DNA of 64,000 bases from a virus (IMGVR_UViG_3300042691_026427:1-64000); one strand, 5' to 3'. Shown: positions 45,100-56,103, counted from the first letter of the stretch. Numbers and translations: made by a program. The notes: a model not told the origin generated them from the sequence alone.

Positions 45100-46200
45100 T
45101 CATAAATCTGGTAATTCTTCATACTTAACGCTGTCCGACATTACGCCAATGACATAGTTAGTTGATTCATTTTCTTGCAGAGCAGTCTGCTTCTTGTTAA
45201 TGTTTACATGCTTGTTAAACCAAGGAATAGGACTTGCCTTAGGGTGTTCACCTTGATACTTGATACCAATTTCTTTTAAACGGGTAAACGCAGTATAGTC
45301 AACAAAGTCGCTTAAAATTGCAGCGTTTAGTCCGATAACTGGCCCTAACTTGAACAGGTATTGAGCCCATGCTTTTTCCTCTTCAATAACTTCCATGTAC
45401 ATGTTATATACTTCTTGTTCACATTCTGTTTCTAATGTAACAAAGTCTGGATCGTCACGAGTTACATTGTTGATCAACCAAGCAGTCCATTCGGCATGTA
45501 GAATTTCATCTTGCAGAATTAAACTAATGATGTTGCCGTTACCAATGTAGATCTTGTTCTCTACCATTGCTAAACTGGTAGCAAAGCTCACCATGAAGCG
45601 TAGAGCCTCCAATGCATATGATGCGTGTAGAGCCATCCAGATTGCTCGCTTGTGCTCCATGCTTGGAATTGTCTCTCCCAATTCTTTGCGGCAGTTAAGA
45701 ATATGAAGATCCTCATAGTAGCGACCAATGTTAGCAGCCATGCCAACAATTTCAGCTGTGTCGTGAATCTTGTTAAACTCTTCTTTAGGTACTCCATATA
45801 CGTTCCTAATGATGTGACTGTAGCTCTTTGAATGGATGTTAGTTTCAAAGAAACTCCAATTGCTTACTAATGATTCAAGTTCGGGAATACTGATAACAGG
45901 CTGAAATACCTGATTAGGTGCTCGCCCTTGAATACTGTCTAATGCGGTCTGTCTTAACAAGTTACTAGTGAAGATATGTTTAACCGCATCACTAGCTTCT
46001 TTGTGATCCATCTTGTCTTTGGTAAGACTAATCTCTTCAGGAACCCAAAAGAATCCCCGAGCAAGTTCTTCATATTTGGCAATCTTGGGATACTTGACTT
46101 CTTCGAATCGCTGTACAGTTACTGGACCTGCGGGATCCAAGAACATTGTACGTTTGAGATAGTTTGTTTGTTTTGATAAGTTATACTGTTGTTTGCTCAT
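45100..46200 (-). CDS. nrdB: ribonucleotide reductase class Ia beta subunit
   Basis: FFWVPEE, LDSIQ, ETNIHSKSY, DEILH. Confidence 0.95.
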   Translation of the reverse strand: MSKQQYNLSKQTNYLKRTMFLDPAGPVTVQRFEEVKYPKIAKYEELARGFFWVPEEISLTKDKMDHKEASDAVKHIFTSNLLRQTALDSIQGRAPNQVFQPVISIPELESLVSNWSFFETNIHSKSYSHIIRNVYGVPKEEFNKIHDTAEIVGMAANIGRYYEDLHILNCRKELGETIPSMEHKRAIWMALHASYALEALRFMVSFATSLAMVENKIYIGNGNIISLILQDEILHAEWTAWLINNVTRDDPDFVTLETECEQEVYNMYMEVIEEEKAWAQYLFKLGPVIGLNAAILSDFVDYTAFTRLKEIGIKYQGEHPKASPIPWFNKHVNINKKQTALQENESTNYVIGVMSDSVKYEELPDL

Positions 46201-46427
46201 TTATTGTCCTCTATAGTTGAAATAACGTCTGACATGTTAGGAGCAGTGGGATTATCATTAAATTCAAACATCAGTGCTCCGTTATCTACATATACCATTT
46301 CAAGATCAGCAGATTCTAAAAAATTTAATAATACTTCTTCTACTTCTTTTTCAATAACTACTTGTTCTGAAATGTTATGATTTAAAAGATGGAGTCTTAT
46401 TTTTTCTATAGTAGTTAATTTACTCAT
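46197..46427 (-). CDS. hypothetical protein
   Basis: coupled ORF. Confidence 0.55.
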   Translation of the reverse strand: MSKLTTIEKIRLHLLNHNISEQVVIEKEVEEVLLNFLESADLEMVYVDNGALMFEFNDNPTAPNMSDVISTIEDNK

Positions 46428-47064
46428 TATAATGGTTCCCCGATGCAAGTACTATCTTGCAAATATGTTCCAATCTCTCAATATGTTCGTAAGCACGCCA
46501 CGGGCTAGTGTCTATGGCCACAACTCCGTGTCCTTTGATACCTACAATGTCATAGGCAATATTACCTTCATGATCTAATTGTAACATCTCAAAGCATTTG
46601 TCTGCAAGTTCTTGGCTAATGGGAGGTACATCACCTACGTTGGGTGCAACCTTAGTGTAACGATTCAATTCTGGAAATGCTGCACTAATTGTACTGAGAT
46701 CAATTCCGGCATGCATGGCAGCAATACAGTATGTAGGATGCACATGAACTACTACCCGGACATCGTTGCTGTGTTGACCCATACGTTTTTGTAAGCCAAA
46801 GTGCAGAGGTATCTCTCCACTAGGTTTTAGATTGGCACTTATATCAGTGTAAGGTAAATCTATCCAGTCCCATCTTTCGACTGGTTGGAACATGATGCCA
46901 ATTTTTTTAAATTGATCAGGTTGTAGGGTTTGTTTACGTACTCCACTAGGAGTAATGTAAAAGTGATCACGGTCGTGGTGACGAATGCTCACATTACCAT
47001 CGCGACTGGTAATCCAATTACGCTTGTAAGCGTCTACTAATATGTCACATATTGTTTCTAACAT
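46420..47064 (-). CDS. class II aldolase/adducin family protein
   Basis: DGNVS, ITPSG, PSGE..LH, HVHP, GHG. Confidence 0.88.
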   Translation of the reverse strand: MLETICDILVDAYKRNWITSRDGNVSIRHHDRDHFYITPSGVRKQTLQPDQFKKIGIMFQPVERWDWIDLPYTDISANLKPSGEIPLHFGLQKRMGQHSNDVRVVVHVHPTYCIAAMHAGIDLSTISAAFPELNRYTKVAPNVGDVPPISQELADKCFEMLQLDHEGNIAYDIVGIKGHGVVAIDTSPWRAYEHIERLEHICKIVLASGNHYNE

Positions 47065-47596
47065 TAATATGATCCCAGTTAATAATTTTCCATTGGTTAT
47101 CTAGGTATTTCTTTTTGTCGTGTTGGTAATCGAGCGAAAATGCATGTTCCCACCAATCAATTAATAACACAATGTCTTTCTTAACTTCGTGATTTTTAAT
47201 TGTTTTAATCTTACCATCTTTGGCAAGGTAGACCCAGCCGCTGCCTTGTATCTTCATTGCTTCTTTGGCAAATGATTCTTTAAAATTTTCAAAGTTTTTA
47301 TAGTGCTCTACAATAAATTCTAGTATACCTCCTGTGGGTTTGTTAGAACCGTTAGGTGACTGGTATTGCTGAAATAGAATGTTGTGTAAGAATACTCCAG
47401 CTTCGTTAAATCCTGCATCACCTTCGTCATTGTTATAACGTTCGGCATAAGTCTTAGCCAACTTGCCGTAATGATAGTTAATGGTATCTTCAGAGATTGC
47501 TGGATCTAATTCATCAGTATCGTAAGGCAACGGGAGAATTTCTAATTTATGTTCTCTTCCTTCCTTTAAGACATTTCGTAAGAAACTAAAAGTCAT
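47045..47596 (-). CDS. Fe/Mn superoxide dismutase
   Basis: LPY..L.P.IS..T..YH, LHN, GSGW, DWWEHA. Confidence 0.9.
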   Translation of the reverse strand: MTFSFLRNVLKEGREHKLEILPLPYDTDELDPAISEDTINYHYGKLAKTYAERYNNDEGDAGFNEAGVFLHNILFQQYQSPNGSNKPTGGILEFIVEHYKNFENFKESFAKEAMKIQGSGWVYLAKDGKIKTIKNHEVKKDIVLLIDWWEHAFSLDYQHDKKKYLDNQWKIINWDHINVRNNM

Positions 47597-49929
47597 AACT
47601 TACAAGCCTCGCAATCAGCATCCTCGTAAATTGTAATTGGTTCAGTCATTACTTGTGCAGTAGTAGCAGTAACTCCTTCCTTGGCACCAACTTTATTGAT
47701 TAAACTATAATACACTGTTTTAAGACCCCACTTGTAAGCCAGCATTAAGTTCTTGGCAATCAATGTACCTGGAACTTTTCGGTCCTGCTGTGAATTATCA
47801 CTGGCAAAGTGTGCAGGGTTATAAAATGTATTAGTACTTAAACTTTGATCAATATAGGCAGCTAATACGGCACTGGTCTTCAAATAGTCCACACAGTCTT
47901 TCTGGTCCCACATCAACTGATAACGATTCTTTAGACGTTTATACTCTGGCACGACCTGTACAAACGATCCAGCTTTCGATTCCTTAACACTAATCAATTC
48001 CATCGGCATTTCAATTCCGTTAGTGGAGTTTAACACAACTGAGCTAGACTCGACTGGTGCCACTGCCATCAATGTAGCATTACGGATACCGTACTTGATC
48101 ATGCGCTCACGCAATGGCTCCCAGTCTAGGCTAGGAGTAAAATCTGTTAGTTCATTAACGCCCGCTGCTCGGCGTTCCCAAGGAAACACGCCCTTGCCGT
48201 AGTAAGTGTATTGACTACGAACACAGGGTCCGCGTTCTTGAGCAAGCTCAACACTGGTTTCCGTTAGGTAGAAAGCCTGATGCTCTATCCAACGCTTAAC
48301 TTCAGCGAGAGAATCTTTCTCTCCATACTTGAAGTTACGCTTGGCATGCCAGTAGGCTAAGTTAGTAATGCCAACGCCCAATGGTTCAAAGTCTAAGTTA
48401 GCTAAACGGCTTTGTACACTCAAGAAGTCTTGATATGATAGCAAGTTACTTAGGCTACGAACTAGCACACGACAGGCTTTTCTCATTTCCTGTGGATTGC
48501 GGAACGCACCCCAGTTGATTGACCCAAGAGTGCAAAGAGCAATTCGTCCCTCTGGATCTTCAATTCTCTGGAAAGGGCGGGTGGGTAAAAGTATCTCTTG
48601 GCATAAGTTTGATTGATATATCGGATCCAAGGTTGTATCAAATGGGCCTTGGTTAATAACGTTGTCGATGTTGACAAGATATATGCGCCCTGTATCAGTA
48701 CGCTCTTTAAGTATACCAGCTTTGAATATCGCATCCGCTGATACAACCTTCTTTTTCTTTGTCTTATCTTGTTCATACTGTGTGTAGAGTTTTTCAAATA
48801 GGCCACTATCCCTATAGTAGGCTTCGTAGAGGTCCGGAACTTCAGCAGGATCAAACAAGCTGATCATCTCTCCGTTCTTGTAACGGTTCCAGAACATCTT
48901 ATTGACTACTACACTATAATCCATTTGACGTACACGAGTTTCTTCTGTACCTTGATTATTTTTAAGAACGATAAGATCCTCAAATTGATAATGCCAAACG
49001 GGAAATGTAACTGTACAGCTGGCATTGCGAATGCCGCCTTGACTGCAACTGCGAAGGTCACTAAACCATTTCTTCAAGAAAGGAATCATTCCAGTATGTT
49101 TGATCTCACCGTTGCGAATAGGGGCACCTAACGGTCTGATTCTGCCTATTTCGAGACCAATTCCGGCTCGTTTTGAAGCATATTTGGCCATCATTTCGCC
49201 TGCTGCAAAGATACTGTCTAATGTGTCGTCTGAGCTGATCAATACACAACTACTGAATTGTTTTGTTGTAGTTCCTAAGCCGGCGAGAACAGGTGTTGCT
49301 AGTGTGAAGTGTCCATCACTGGCAGACTCATAATATTCCTTAACCCACTTTAGTCTTTTGTCTTTAGGTTCTGCATGAAATGCCGTTGCTGCGGCAACAG
49401 CATATCGCACCTGGGGTGTTTCGTAAATTTGTCCAGTGGCACGATTTTGTACTAGATATTTTTCAGCTAACTGTGCAATGGCTGCAAAAGTATAGGATTC
49501 GTCTTTGGCATGATCAATAAACAGATTGATGATATCCCATTCTTCTTTGGTATACCAATCTAGTAGTTCACTGGTGTACATACCAAGTTCTACATTTTTC
49601 TTTACAATATCGTACAGTGCAGGAGGTTCGTAGTCACCGTATACTTCCTTACGCAACATGCTGACTTTTTGTCGGCCTGCTACATATTGATAATTTACAT
49701 TATTAATTTCTGGATTTTCTTCTTCGTCAATTAAATTGACCATAGCCTTGAGCAGCAGTTCGTCGATGGTATTTGTTGACATACCATCGTGCAGTTCTAT
49801 CTGTGCTTTAATTTCAATCATTGATGGGCTAACGTTGTCTATGCCCCTGCACGAATATGCAACTTGTCTCTGTATCTTTGCGATGTCTAAGGGGACACGA
49901 TTCCCATTTCGTTTAACTACTGTGATCAT
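47593..49929 (-). CDS. nrdA: ribonucleotide reductase class Ia alpha subunit
   Basis: ATP cone VVKRNG, SSC, SNLCQEI, C-terminal CEAC. Confidence 0.96.
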   Translation of the reverse strand: MITVVKRNGNRVPLDIAKIQRQVAYSCRGIDNVSPSMIEIKAQIELHDGMSTNTIDELLLKAMVNLIDEEENPEINNVNYQYVAGRQKVSMLRKEVYGDYEPPALYDIVKKNVELGMYTSELLDWYTKEEWDIINLFIDHAKDESYTFAAIAQLAEKYLVQNRATGQIYETPQVRYAVAAATAFHAEPKDKRLKWVKEYYESASDGHFTLATPVLAGLGTTTKQFSSCVLISSDDTLDSIFAAGEMMAKYASKRAGIGLEIGRIRPLGAPIRNGEIKHTGMIPFLKKWFSDLRSCSQGGIRNASCTVTFPVWHYQFEDLIVLKNNQGTEETRVRQMDYSVVVNKMFWNRYKNGEMISLFDPAEVPDLYEAYYRDSGLFEKLYTQYEQDKTKKKKVVSADAIFKAGILKERTDTGRIYLVNIDNVINQGPFDTTLDPIYQSNLCQEILLPTRPFQRIEDPEGRIALCTLGSINWGAFRNPQEMRKACRVLVRSLSNLLSYQDFLSVQSRLANLDFEPLGVGITNLAYWHAKRNFKYGEKDSLAEVKRWIEHQAFYLTETSVELAQERGPCVRSQYTYYGKGVFPWERRAAGVNELTDFTPSLDWEPLRERMIKYGIRNATLMAVAPVESSSVVLNSTNGIEMPMELISVKESKAGSFVQVVPEYKRLKNRYQLMWDQKDCVDYLKTSAVLAAYIDQSLSTNTFYNPAHFASDNSQQDRKVPGTLIAKNLMLAYKWGLKTVYYSLINKVGAKEGVTATTAQVMTEPITIYEDADCEACKL

Positions 49930-49981
49930 ATGTCGACCTTTTATTATATTTTTATGAAAGAACAAACTTTTAGAAAGATAT

Positions 49982-50416
49982 TTACCTTGGTTTCTCTATG
50001 TCGACTAGGTTTTCCATCAATAGTGATTCGGTGATTTCTTGGGATTTTATACTTTTCCATTTATCGTAATTTAGCACTATATCGTTATCTATATACACTA
50101 GATTATACAGCTTTGTACGATGTTCATCAACCATAGTACGTAGATCTATACGGCTATTGGCGAATTTAGTTGTTAGTTTTAAAGTCCACGCCATCATTAG
50201 ACTGATGGTAAAATCATCATATCTATTTTCAGCTATGATTTCCCATGGTGTGGGCCAGCTTTTTGAATTGTACTGATCTATCGTGTGATTGAATGCTGTT
50301 AATGGAGCATTGCTCCAAAATTCAGAAAGATCAGTTAGTGGGTCGTTAGAGTGGTCTAAACTTTCTCTTAATTTTTTCCACTCCGACAATCTTTCATCCG
50401 GAGATTTGTTAAACAT
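49982..50416 (-). CDS. hypothetical protein
   Basis: WPTPWE motif; coupled to the upstream gene. Confidence 0.7.
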   Translation of the reverse strand: MFNKSPDERLSEWKKLRESLDHSNDPLTDLSEFWSNAPLTAFNHTIDQYNSKSWPTPWEIIAENRYDDFTISLMMAWTLKLTTKFANSRIDLRTMVDEHRTKLYNLVYIDNDIVLNYDKWKSIKSQEITESLLMENLVDIEKPR

Positions 50417-52074
50417 TAATAAAATTGATCGAGTTGATAAGTTAATGTACCAGTTACGGTATTTCCAGTGTATCCAATAATGATAGTATTGTTTCCGCTG
50501 TCAAACGTGCCGTTAAAAATAATTCCCGTATCGCTTGTGCCTGTATACTTATAATTGTCAGTTACATCTACAATACTACTTTGACTGCATACAATTGTCA
50601 AGTCTCCCCAACGAGTAATTCCAGATGCAGTAATTTGGTATTGTAATTTGATATTAGTAGTTACACCGCTGTGAGCAACCTTGACTATGCTGCCCGTTGC
50701 AGATGAATCGGATATAGCAACATTGTTTACTCTATGATCTATTAGAGATGCATTGCCTGCTACAGGAACAATAAATGCCGCAGCAGTGGTTGTTGAATTA
50801 ATTTGTACATTTCTATCAAATGAATCATAATCCGATACATTACCACTGGTTTCAAAATTTATAATTGAAGTAACTTGACCACCAATATCTCCTAATCCTG
50901 GCGTATCGTATGAACTGCCGTTGCCTACATTTATATAAGAATTTTGAGATAAGATATGATTTGAATATACATCAGTACTACCGGCTACTGAAATTGCTTC
51001 TTCATAGATAGTATGAAAAATATTTCGAGTAAATCTAGTTCTTACAGGACCAGTTAAATGAACACCACCAGATGCAATGTCGTAATTTACACCTCGATGT
51101 AAATTTTCAAATCGGCAATTGTCAACCACAGTGTCTTCAATGTCATGGTCGGAAAAGACTCCATAATACAATGACTGAAATACACAATTGGTAATTCTTA
51201 AATTTCTACTGGTTATACCGCCCTGGCCTCTAATTTTAATGCCCGAATGATTTACGTTAGTTACAGAACTAGTTCTTACTCCTAAGAATTTAACATTGTC
51301 TATCATAGAGTCTAAACAACCGTCTGCAAACAGTAATGGTAATGTGCCTGACGGGTCTGCTGCTTCCGGATCATACTTGATAGTCATTCCTGAGATTATA
51401 ATATGTCTAGGACTTGCTGCACTATCAAATGAGCTAACGGTTACATAGCTACCTGGGGTGCTGTCAAACCCTACAAATTGTAAACATGCTGCGGCAGAAG
51501 TTTTGAAAACTAAAACTGTTTTGTCTTTGCCTTCGCCTATTAAGGAGCAATATGAAGGGATGTAAACTGGATCTTCTAAGTTATATGCGCCAGCAGGAAT
51601 CTTCAATATGACTCTACCAAAAGTTTCTGCTTTGTCAGAATTTAAGTATAGTTCGTCAATTGCTCTTTGTAATATAGGAGAAAAATTTAGATCAAGACTT
51701 AATAAGTCTTCTTTTGGTATAAAATCATATAAACTGACAAAGTCGTCGAGTTTGTCTTTTACAGTTCTTATGAGATCAGAATCTCCAGCACCTGTATTAA
51801 TGTCAACATTTCTATGGCCTTCATAAAAGTATGTGCTGGTTGTGATGCTGTTTGAAAAAATATTAGGTAAGTCTAATACCGTTAAAATTCTTGTGTTGGT
51901 AGTGACAGCAGCACCTTCAGTAACTCTATTACCGATGAATAACTCTGGAACTATTGATTCCGGATCTGTTCCAGAAATGGCCCAGCCAAATTCTCCAGTA
52001 TCTAATTGAGGCATGCCTTGAGTTCTAGCATCCCCTCTTCTAACCTGTATTTTTGCAATCTCTACGACAGCCAT
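50416..52074 (-). CDS. virion structural protein with a pectate-lyase-like beta-helix
   Basis: IQVRRG..PQL..GEFGW N-terminus; LQRAID..IPAGAY..LIGEG. Confidence 0.7.
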   Translation of the reverse strand: MAVVEIAKIQVRRGDARTQGMPQLDTGEFGWAISGTDPESIVPELFIGNRVTEGAAVTTNTRILTVLDLPNIFSNSITTSTYFYEGHRNVDINTGAGDSDLIRTVKDKLDDFVSLYDFIPKEDLLSLDLNFSPILQRAIDELYLNSDKAETFGRVILKIPAGAYNLEDPVYIPSYCSLIGEGKDKTVLVFKTSAAACLQFVGFDSTPGSYVTVSSFDSAASPRHIIISGMTIKYDPEAADPSGTLPLLFADGCLDSMIDNVKFLGVRTSSVTNVNHSGIKIRGQGGITSRNLRITNCVFQSLYYGVFSDHDIEDTVVDNCRFENLHRGVNYDIASGGVHLTGPVRTRFTRNIFHTIYEEAISVAGSTDVYSNHILSQNSYINVGNGSSYDTPGLGDIGGQVTSIINFETSGNVSDYDSFDRNVQINSTTTAAAFIVPVAGNASLIDHRVNNVAISDSSATGSIVKVAHSGVTTNIKLQYQITASGITRWGDLTIVCSQSSIVDVTDNYKYTGTSDTGIIFNGTFDSGNNTIIIGYTGNTVTGTLTYQLDQFY

Positions 52075-52106
52075 AAGACTTCCCCTATTATAGGGTATTT
52101 ATCGTA

Positions 52107-52832
52107 TCACCCCATGTGAATTCTGTAGTACTCTTCAACTTTATTGAGCCACATGTCTTGATATTTGTTGAAATCTTGGGGTAATAGATCAAACTGTTGA
52201 TAGATTTCACCACCTACCTTAATACTGTCGTCACCGCGGCTACACATGAAAATAACGCCACGACGCATGTCTGTGCCATAGACTTCATTATGTGCTAGGA
52301 TATATGCCATTAGCTGTAGATAGTAATCTTCTACCCATTCTGCTTTCTTAGGCTTGTTAGTCTGCTTGTGATCGCATACAGCAGGCTGGCCTTGATACAC
52401 ACCCACTAGATCAGTAGTACCGCTGTACAAGCCCGGAAAATACAGGCTTTGTTCCATAGCCCACACTTCATCCATTTTACTCAATCCGTTGACAATGATT
52501 TGATCAGCCATTGCGTTGGCTTTGATGTGTACAGGATTGTTGCCTGGCTGACGTTGCTCACCGATTAGAAAACGCTCTAAATTGGCGTGCATTGCTGTGC
52601 CTACTCCGGCTGCTTCTGTGGTAATACGTTGGGCGTTGGCTTCGCCTACTCGTTTCTTCCACTCATTCAAATGCGTCATATCCTTAGTTGCACTAAGAAT
52701 AGTTGTTACGCTGGGAAGTTTTTCTCCGTCTGGAGTTCGATATACTCTTTTACGAGTAATTGGGTCATTTACTTGTTCGCAATTTTTATACTGGAAACGC
52801 TCCACGAATGGAGGAGGATTTAGAATGTTCAT
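52107..52832 (-). CDS. PD-(D/E)XK exonuclease (MGME1/Cas4-like)
   Basis: PSVTTIL, GTAMH, GTTD, DHKQ, YYLQLMAY. Confidence 0.85.
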   Translation of the reverse strand: MNILNPPPFVERFQYKNCEQVNDPITRKRVYRTPDGEKLPSVTTILSATKDMTHLNEWKKRVGEANAQRITTEAAGVGTAMHANLERFLIGEQRQPGNNPVHIKANAMADQIIVNGLSKMDEVWAMEQSLYFPGLYSGTTDLVGVYQGQPAVCDHKQTNKPKKAEWVEDYYLQLMAYILAHNEVYGTDMRRGVIFMCSRGDDSIKVGGEIYQQFDLLPQDFNKYQDMWLNKVEEYYRIHMG

Positions 52833-52846
52833 TCTAACAGTATATA

Positions 52847-53206
52847 TTATTTGAAGTCTGGTTGCAAGCCTTTTGACACAGCTCTGTCAGCCATTTGATC
52901 TACGCTAGGTCCGGCTTGTGTATCTACTTGCGTTTGTTTCTCAACATCGGGCGCTTCTTCTGTTCCTAGAACAATGCCTTCTTCGTTGAAATTTTTAATT
53001 AATGGTTGAATTGCGGGATTAGCATCATAAATTTTGCTAAATCCTGCATAATCGATATCACCATATCCAAATGGTGTTAGCATGTTGCTTAATGCAATCC
53101 ACGTGAGTGTTTTAGGAGCTTGTTTAGCATCACTCCTACCGATTTCATTTCTTAGAATGGTTTGTAGATCATCTACAAACCTATCCGCAACTTCAAACAA
53201 TCTCAT
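52847..53206 (-). CDS. hypothetical head-region protein
   Basis: MRLFE N-terminus; coupled ORF. Confidence 0.7.
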   Translation of the reverse strand: MRLFEVADRFVDDLQTILRNEIGRSDAKQAPKTLTWIALSNMLTPFGYGDIDYAGFSKIYDANPAIQPLIKNFNEEGIVLGTEEAPDVEKQTQVDTQAGPSVDQMADRAVSKGLQPDFK

Positions 53207-54579
53207 CGTGCTAACTTGCTAATAATACTGTGGCTTTCTGCAATCTTGCGATAGCGACTTTCTCTAACTTGACGGCCGGATGTTTCTGCGCCGCCAGCTG
53301 CTGCGTCACTTGCACCAAACTCGTCTTCTGGAGGGTTCATAGAATCTGGTTCTACATCCATTGGCACTTCGCCGCCCATTGGTGGCTCGCCCATACCTGG
53401 CTCTTGACCCATCGGTGCTACGTCAGTTGCTTCGCCGGCTAATACTGCAACAGCGTGACTGATAGCTTCTCTCTGTTGAGTCAATGTATCTAATGTAGCT
53501 GCCAATGCTGGACTAACTGATTGCTTAAATGCTTCAGCTTCTTGTTCGCCGAAATCTGCACGAATAGCATCTGCTAACTCAACGATGGCTTTTGTTTGAT
53601 ACTGACCTACACGTTGCATCCATGTTGTAAAATCGTTAACCATGTCGCTGGCTGCGGTAATGGCTTTGGCCTTGCCTTCTTCATCTTCGTTAATTAGATA
53701 CTTTAGACTTTCATTGACCAATCTTACGTGCAAGCGGAAAATGTCTTCTTTCATTTTCTTCTTAAGATCTTTCTGGCCTTTACCGTCAGCTGCAAATGCA
53801 GGAACCATTTTACCCTTAGGACCTTTTACCATTGGCAAGCCTTCTTTAACTTTGGCTGCTTTCTTGGCCTTTTTAGTATCGCTGTCATCACCACCGTCAG
53901 TGAATGTATTAGACTTGCGAGTGTAGACTGTACCTGTGCTAGTCTGCTTCTTGTCAAACTTACCAGTAGTCTTTTCTTTTTCTGCACGAGCCTTAGCATC
54001 TGCTACAGTTGGGAAGCCTTCTTTCATATTGTCGCTAGTTGCCTTGGCAATAGCTTTTTTCTTTGGCACGCCGCCAGCGGTCATTCTGGCTACTTGAACA
54101 TCGTCGAAGTTCTTCTTGCCATCGCCTGTGCGGTCTATTTTTTTACCTTCAGTTGTTCTGTTATTCATATTTGTTTCCTCGATGCCCTCTTCGGCGTTGG
54201 TTTTCTTTTTCTTTGGATGCTTGATATGTGCCCAAGCAATTTGCTCTGCTTCGTCCTTAGACTTGCCTTTCTTCATCATACTAGTAGTGATATGTTTAGC
54301 TTGACGGTCTACTTTAGCACCTTCACCTAACATTTCTTTAATCTTAGTATTCAAAAGTTCTAACATGTGCTTGTCTTGTTGATAAGTTTCGTTAGCAAGC
54401 AATTCATTAAATTTAGAGCTAGATTCAGTTTGGTGAATTTTAGTTCTAAGAATATTGCGATAGTCTTCTAGTTGTTCTTGTGTATATTTGCTAAAATTAA
54501 TTTTAGTACCGAATCGTTTGAACATGTTTTCGTTCAATTGTGCGGCTGTTACCTTAGCAATAAAATCAGTTGTCTTCAT
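53203..54579 (-). CDS. putative prohead core/scaffold-like protein
   Basis: many xxE cleavage-like sites, K/E-rich modules, acidic Pro-rich tail. Confidence 0.55.
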   Translation of the reverse strand: MKTTDFIAKVTAAQLNENMFKRFGTKINFSKYTQEQLEDYRNILRTKIHQTESSSKFNELLANETYQQDKHMLELLNTKIKEMLGEGAKVDRQAKHITTSMMKKGKSKDEAEQIAWAHIKHPKKKKTNAEEGIEETNMNNRTTEGKKIDRTGDGKKNFDDVQVARMTAGGVPKKKAIAKATSDNMKEGFPTVADAKARAEKEKTTGKFDKKQTSTGTVYTRKSNTFTDGGDDSDTKKAKKAAKVKEGLPMVKGPKGKMVPAFAADGKGQKDLKKKMKEDIFRLHVRLVNESLKYLINEDEEGKAKAITAASDMVNDFTTWMQRVGQYQTKAIVELADAIRADFGEQEAEAFKQSVSPALAATLDTLTQQREAISHAVAVLAGEATDVAPMGQEPGMGEPPMGGEVPMDVEPDSMNPPEDEFGASDAAAGGAETSGRQVRESRYRKIAESHSIISKLAR

Positions 54580-54606
54580 GGGTAGTTCCAAAGATTAATA
54601 GTATAT

Positions 54607-55077
54607 TTAGTGTATCTTTCTAAGTTTTTCAAAGCTATTGAAAATAGTTGACTTAGCAGAATTACCTCTTGCTCGAGCAATACCTAATCTAGTGAATAGA
54701 AAATCTGCTCGATCTACGTTATTTTTCTTTAGACTACTGTGTGCTCGCTTTGATAATAATTCAACTTCGAAAGTTCTAAATCCATACTCTTGATCTAAGT
54801 TATACAATTTAGTGTCTACCATCTTACCCAATGCTAGACTGTTGGCCAACAGCACAGCACTTTGTGGCAAATTAATGTTGCCTAATATTATGTCACCAGA
54901 TTTATTTTTAATACTGTAAAACCCTGTAGATTCTTTTATGACAAAATATTGATCGAGTGCAATAGAACCATCAGAATTTTTTACTGGAACTGCAATACCT
55001 TGTTTTTTCAGATCGTTCTTAACGGTACTGACAACTATCTTAAATTTTTTAAGTATTTGGTCTGAGACTAAAGACAT
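54607..55077 (-). CDS. hypothetical protein
   Basis: ORF within operon. Confidence 0.7.
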   Translation of the reverse strand: MSLVSDQILKKFKIVVSTVKNDLKKQGIAVPVKNSDGSIALDQYFVIKESTGFYSIKNKSGDIILGNINLPQSAVLLANSLALGKMVDTKLYNLDQEYGFRTFEVELLSKRAHSSLKKNNVDRADFLFTRLGIARARGNSAKSTIFNSFEKLRKIH

Positions 55078-55270
55078 TTTTAACCCTTGTTATTTGGCCT
55101 GCGCTGTTACTTATTTCATATAAGCCTTTGCGCACAAGGTTTTGAGCTAACCAAACTTCTCGTTCATTTAAGCTGGTCAATCGAACATCATCACCATGCC
55201 TGGAAACAAATTCTCTTTCTTCGCGATTGATTACAACCCCGATAGAGTTAATAACATCTTTAATTTTCAT
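55049..55270 (-). CDS. hypothetical protein
   Basis: MKIKDV; LAQNLVRKG. Confidence 0.7.
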   Translation of the reverse strand: MKIKDVINSIGVVINREEREFVSRHGDDVRLTSLNEREVWLAQNLVRKGLYEISNSAGQITRVKNVFSLRPNT

Positions 55271-56103
55271 GCTAGGTCCTTAGGGTCAACAATAATAGGG
55301 TAACCTAGAGTTTTAGTTGTATCTAACTTAATTCCTTTTCCACCAGGATTAGGCAGTACTTTGATACTACCTTTCCCAGTAATTGGATCTTTAATTGTTT
55401 GGCCTGCTTTAGGTTGCGAATTCAGAACTTGATTAACGTAGGCTTGTGGATTTACTCCACCGCTTGCCGCTGCTGATGAATTTTTCATACCTAGACTACT
55501 CAAACCTTTGGCAGCAAGAGTTTGTGCCATACTGGCATCTGGATCTATGCCCATGCCTTTCTTAAATCCTTGTGCAAGGCCACCAAGGAAACCAGACGGC
55601 GCTGCTTGAGTAGCAGCAGGTGCGCCTAGTGTAGGAGCACTTCTCATTATTCCTGGGGAAAGTTTTTGTGCGGCTGCAACTTGGGCAGCAGTTTGTGCTT
55701 TTTGCGTAGTATTAACTGATTGACCGGGTACTTTTACATCAACATCAGTTGCAGCAGTTTTATCTTTTGCCGCCAATGTACTTTTAGCTGTTTGCTGAGG
55801 AGTGCTCTGTCCAGTTTGTTGAGTAGTTTGCTGAGTAGTACTCTGTCCAGGTTGTTGAGTAGTTTGCTGTTGCGCCCCTACTGGCTTAATGACAGGTTTA
55901 GGGACTCCGGGTGCTGCATACTGACCTATCATCTTATCGAGTGAAATATCAGTTGCAGGTTTAGAATCGTCTCGAAAGCGTAAGTTTGCCAGGCTAGAAG
56001 TCTTTAATGCTTGATCTTTATTAGCTCGTATCTGTGCTCTTAGCTGATCTTGGCTAGGTGCAGGTAATCCTACAGCTTCTCTGATAAATTCTTTAGCTCT
56101 CAT
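55267..56103 (-). CDS. Q/T/A-rich protein with CTS-like N-terminus
   Basis: MRAKEFIRE; tandem QQTTQQxGQST repeats. Confidence 0.7.
   Translation of the reverse strand: MRAKEFIREAVGLPAPSQDQLRAQIRANKDQALKTSSLANLRFRDDSKPATDISLDKMIGQYAAPGVPKPVIKPVGAQQQTTQQPGQSTTQQTTQQTGQSTPQQTAKSTLAAKDKTAATDVDVKVPGQSVNTTQKAQTAAQVAAAQKLSPGIMRSAPTLGAPAATQAAPSGFLGGLAQGFKKGMGIDPDASMAQTLAAKGLSSLGMKNSSAAASGGVNPQAYVNQVLNSQPKAGQTIKDPITGKGSIKVLPNPGGKGIKLDTTKTLGYPIIVDPKDLA

Noticed and set aside
55786-55870. Tandem ~33-bp repeats; also short repeats near 20265 and 44540
   Set aside because: In-frame low-complexity protein linkers (QQTTQQxGQST, DDAK, TGATGS), not DNA elements.
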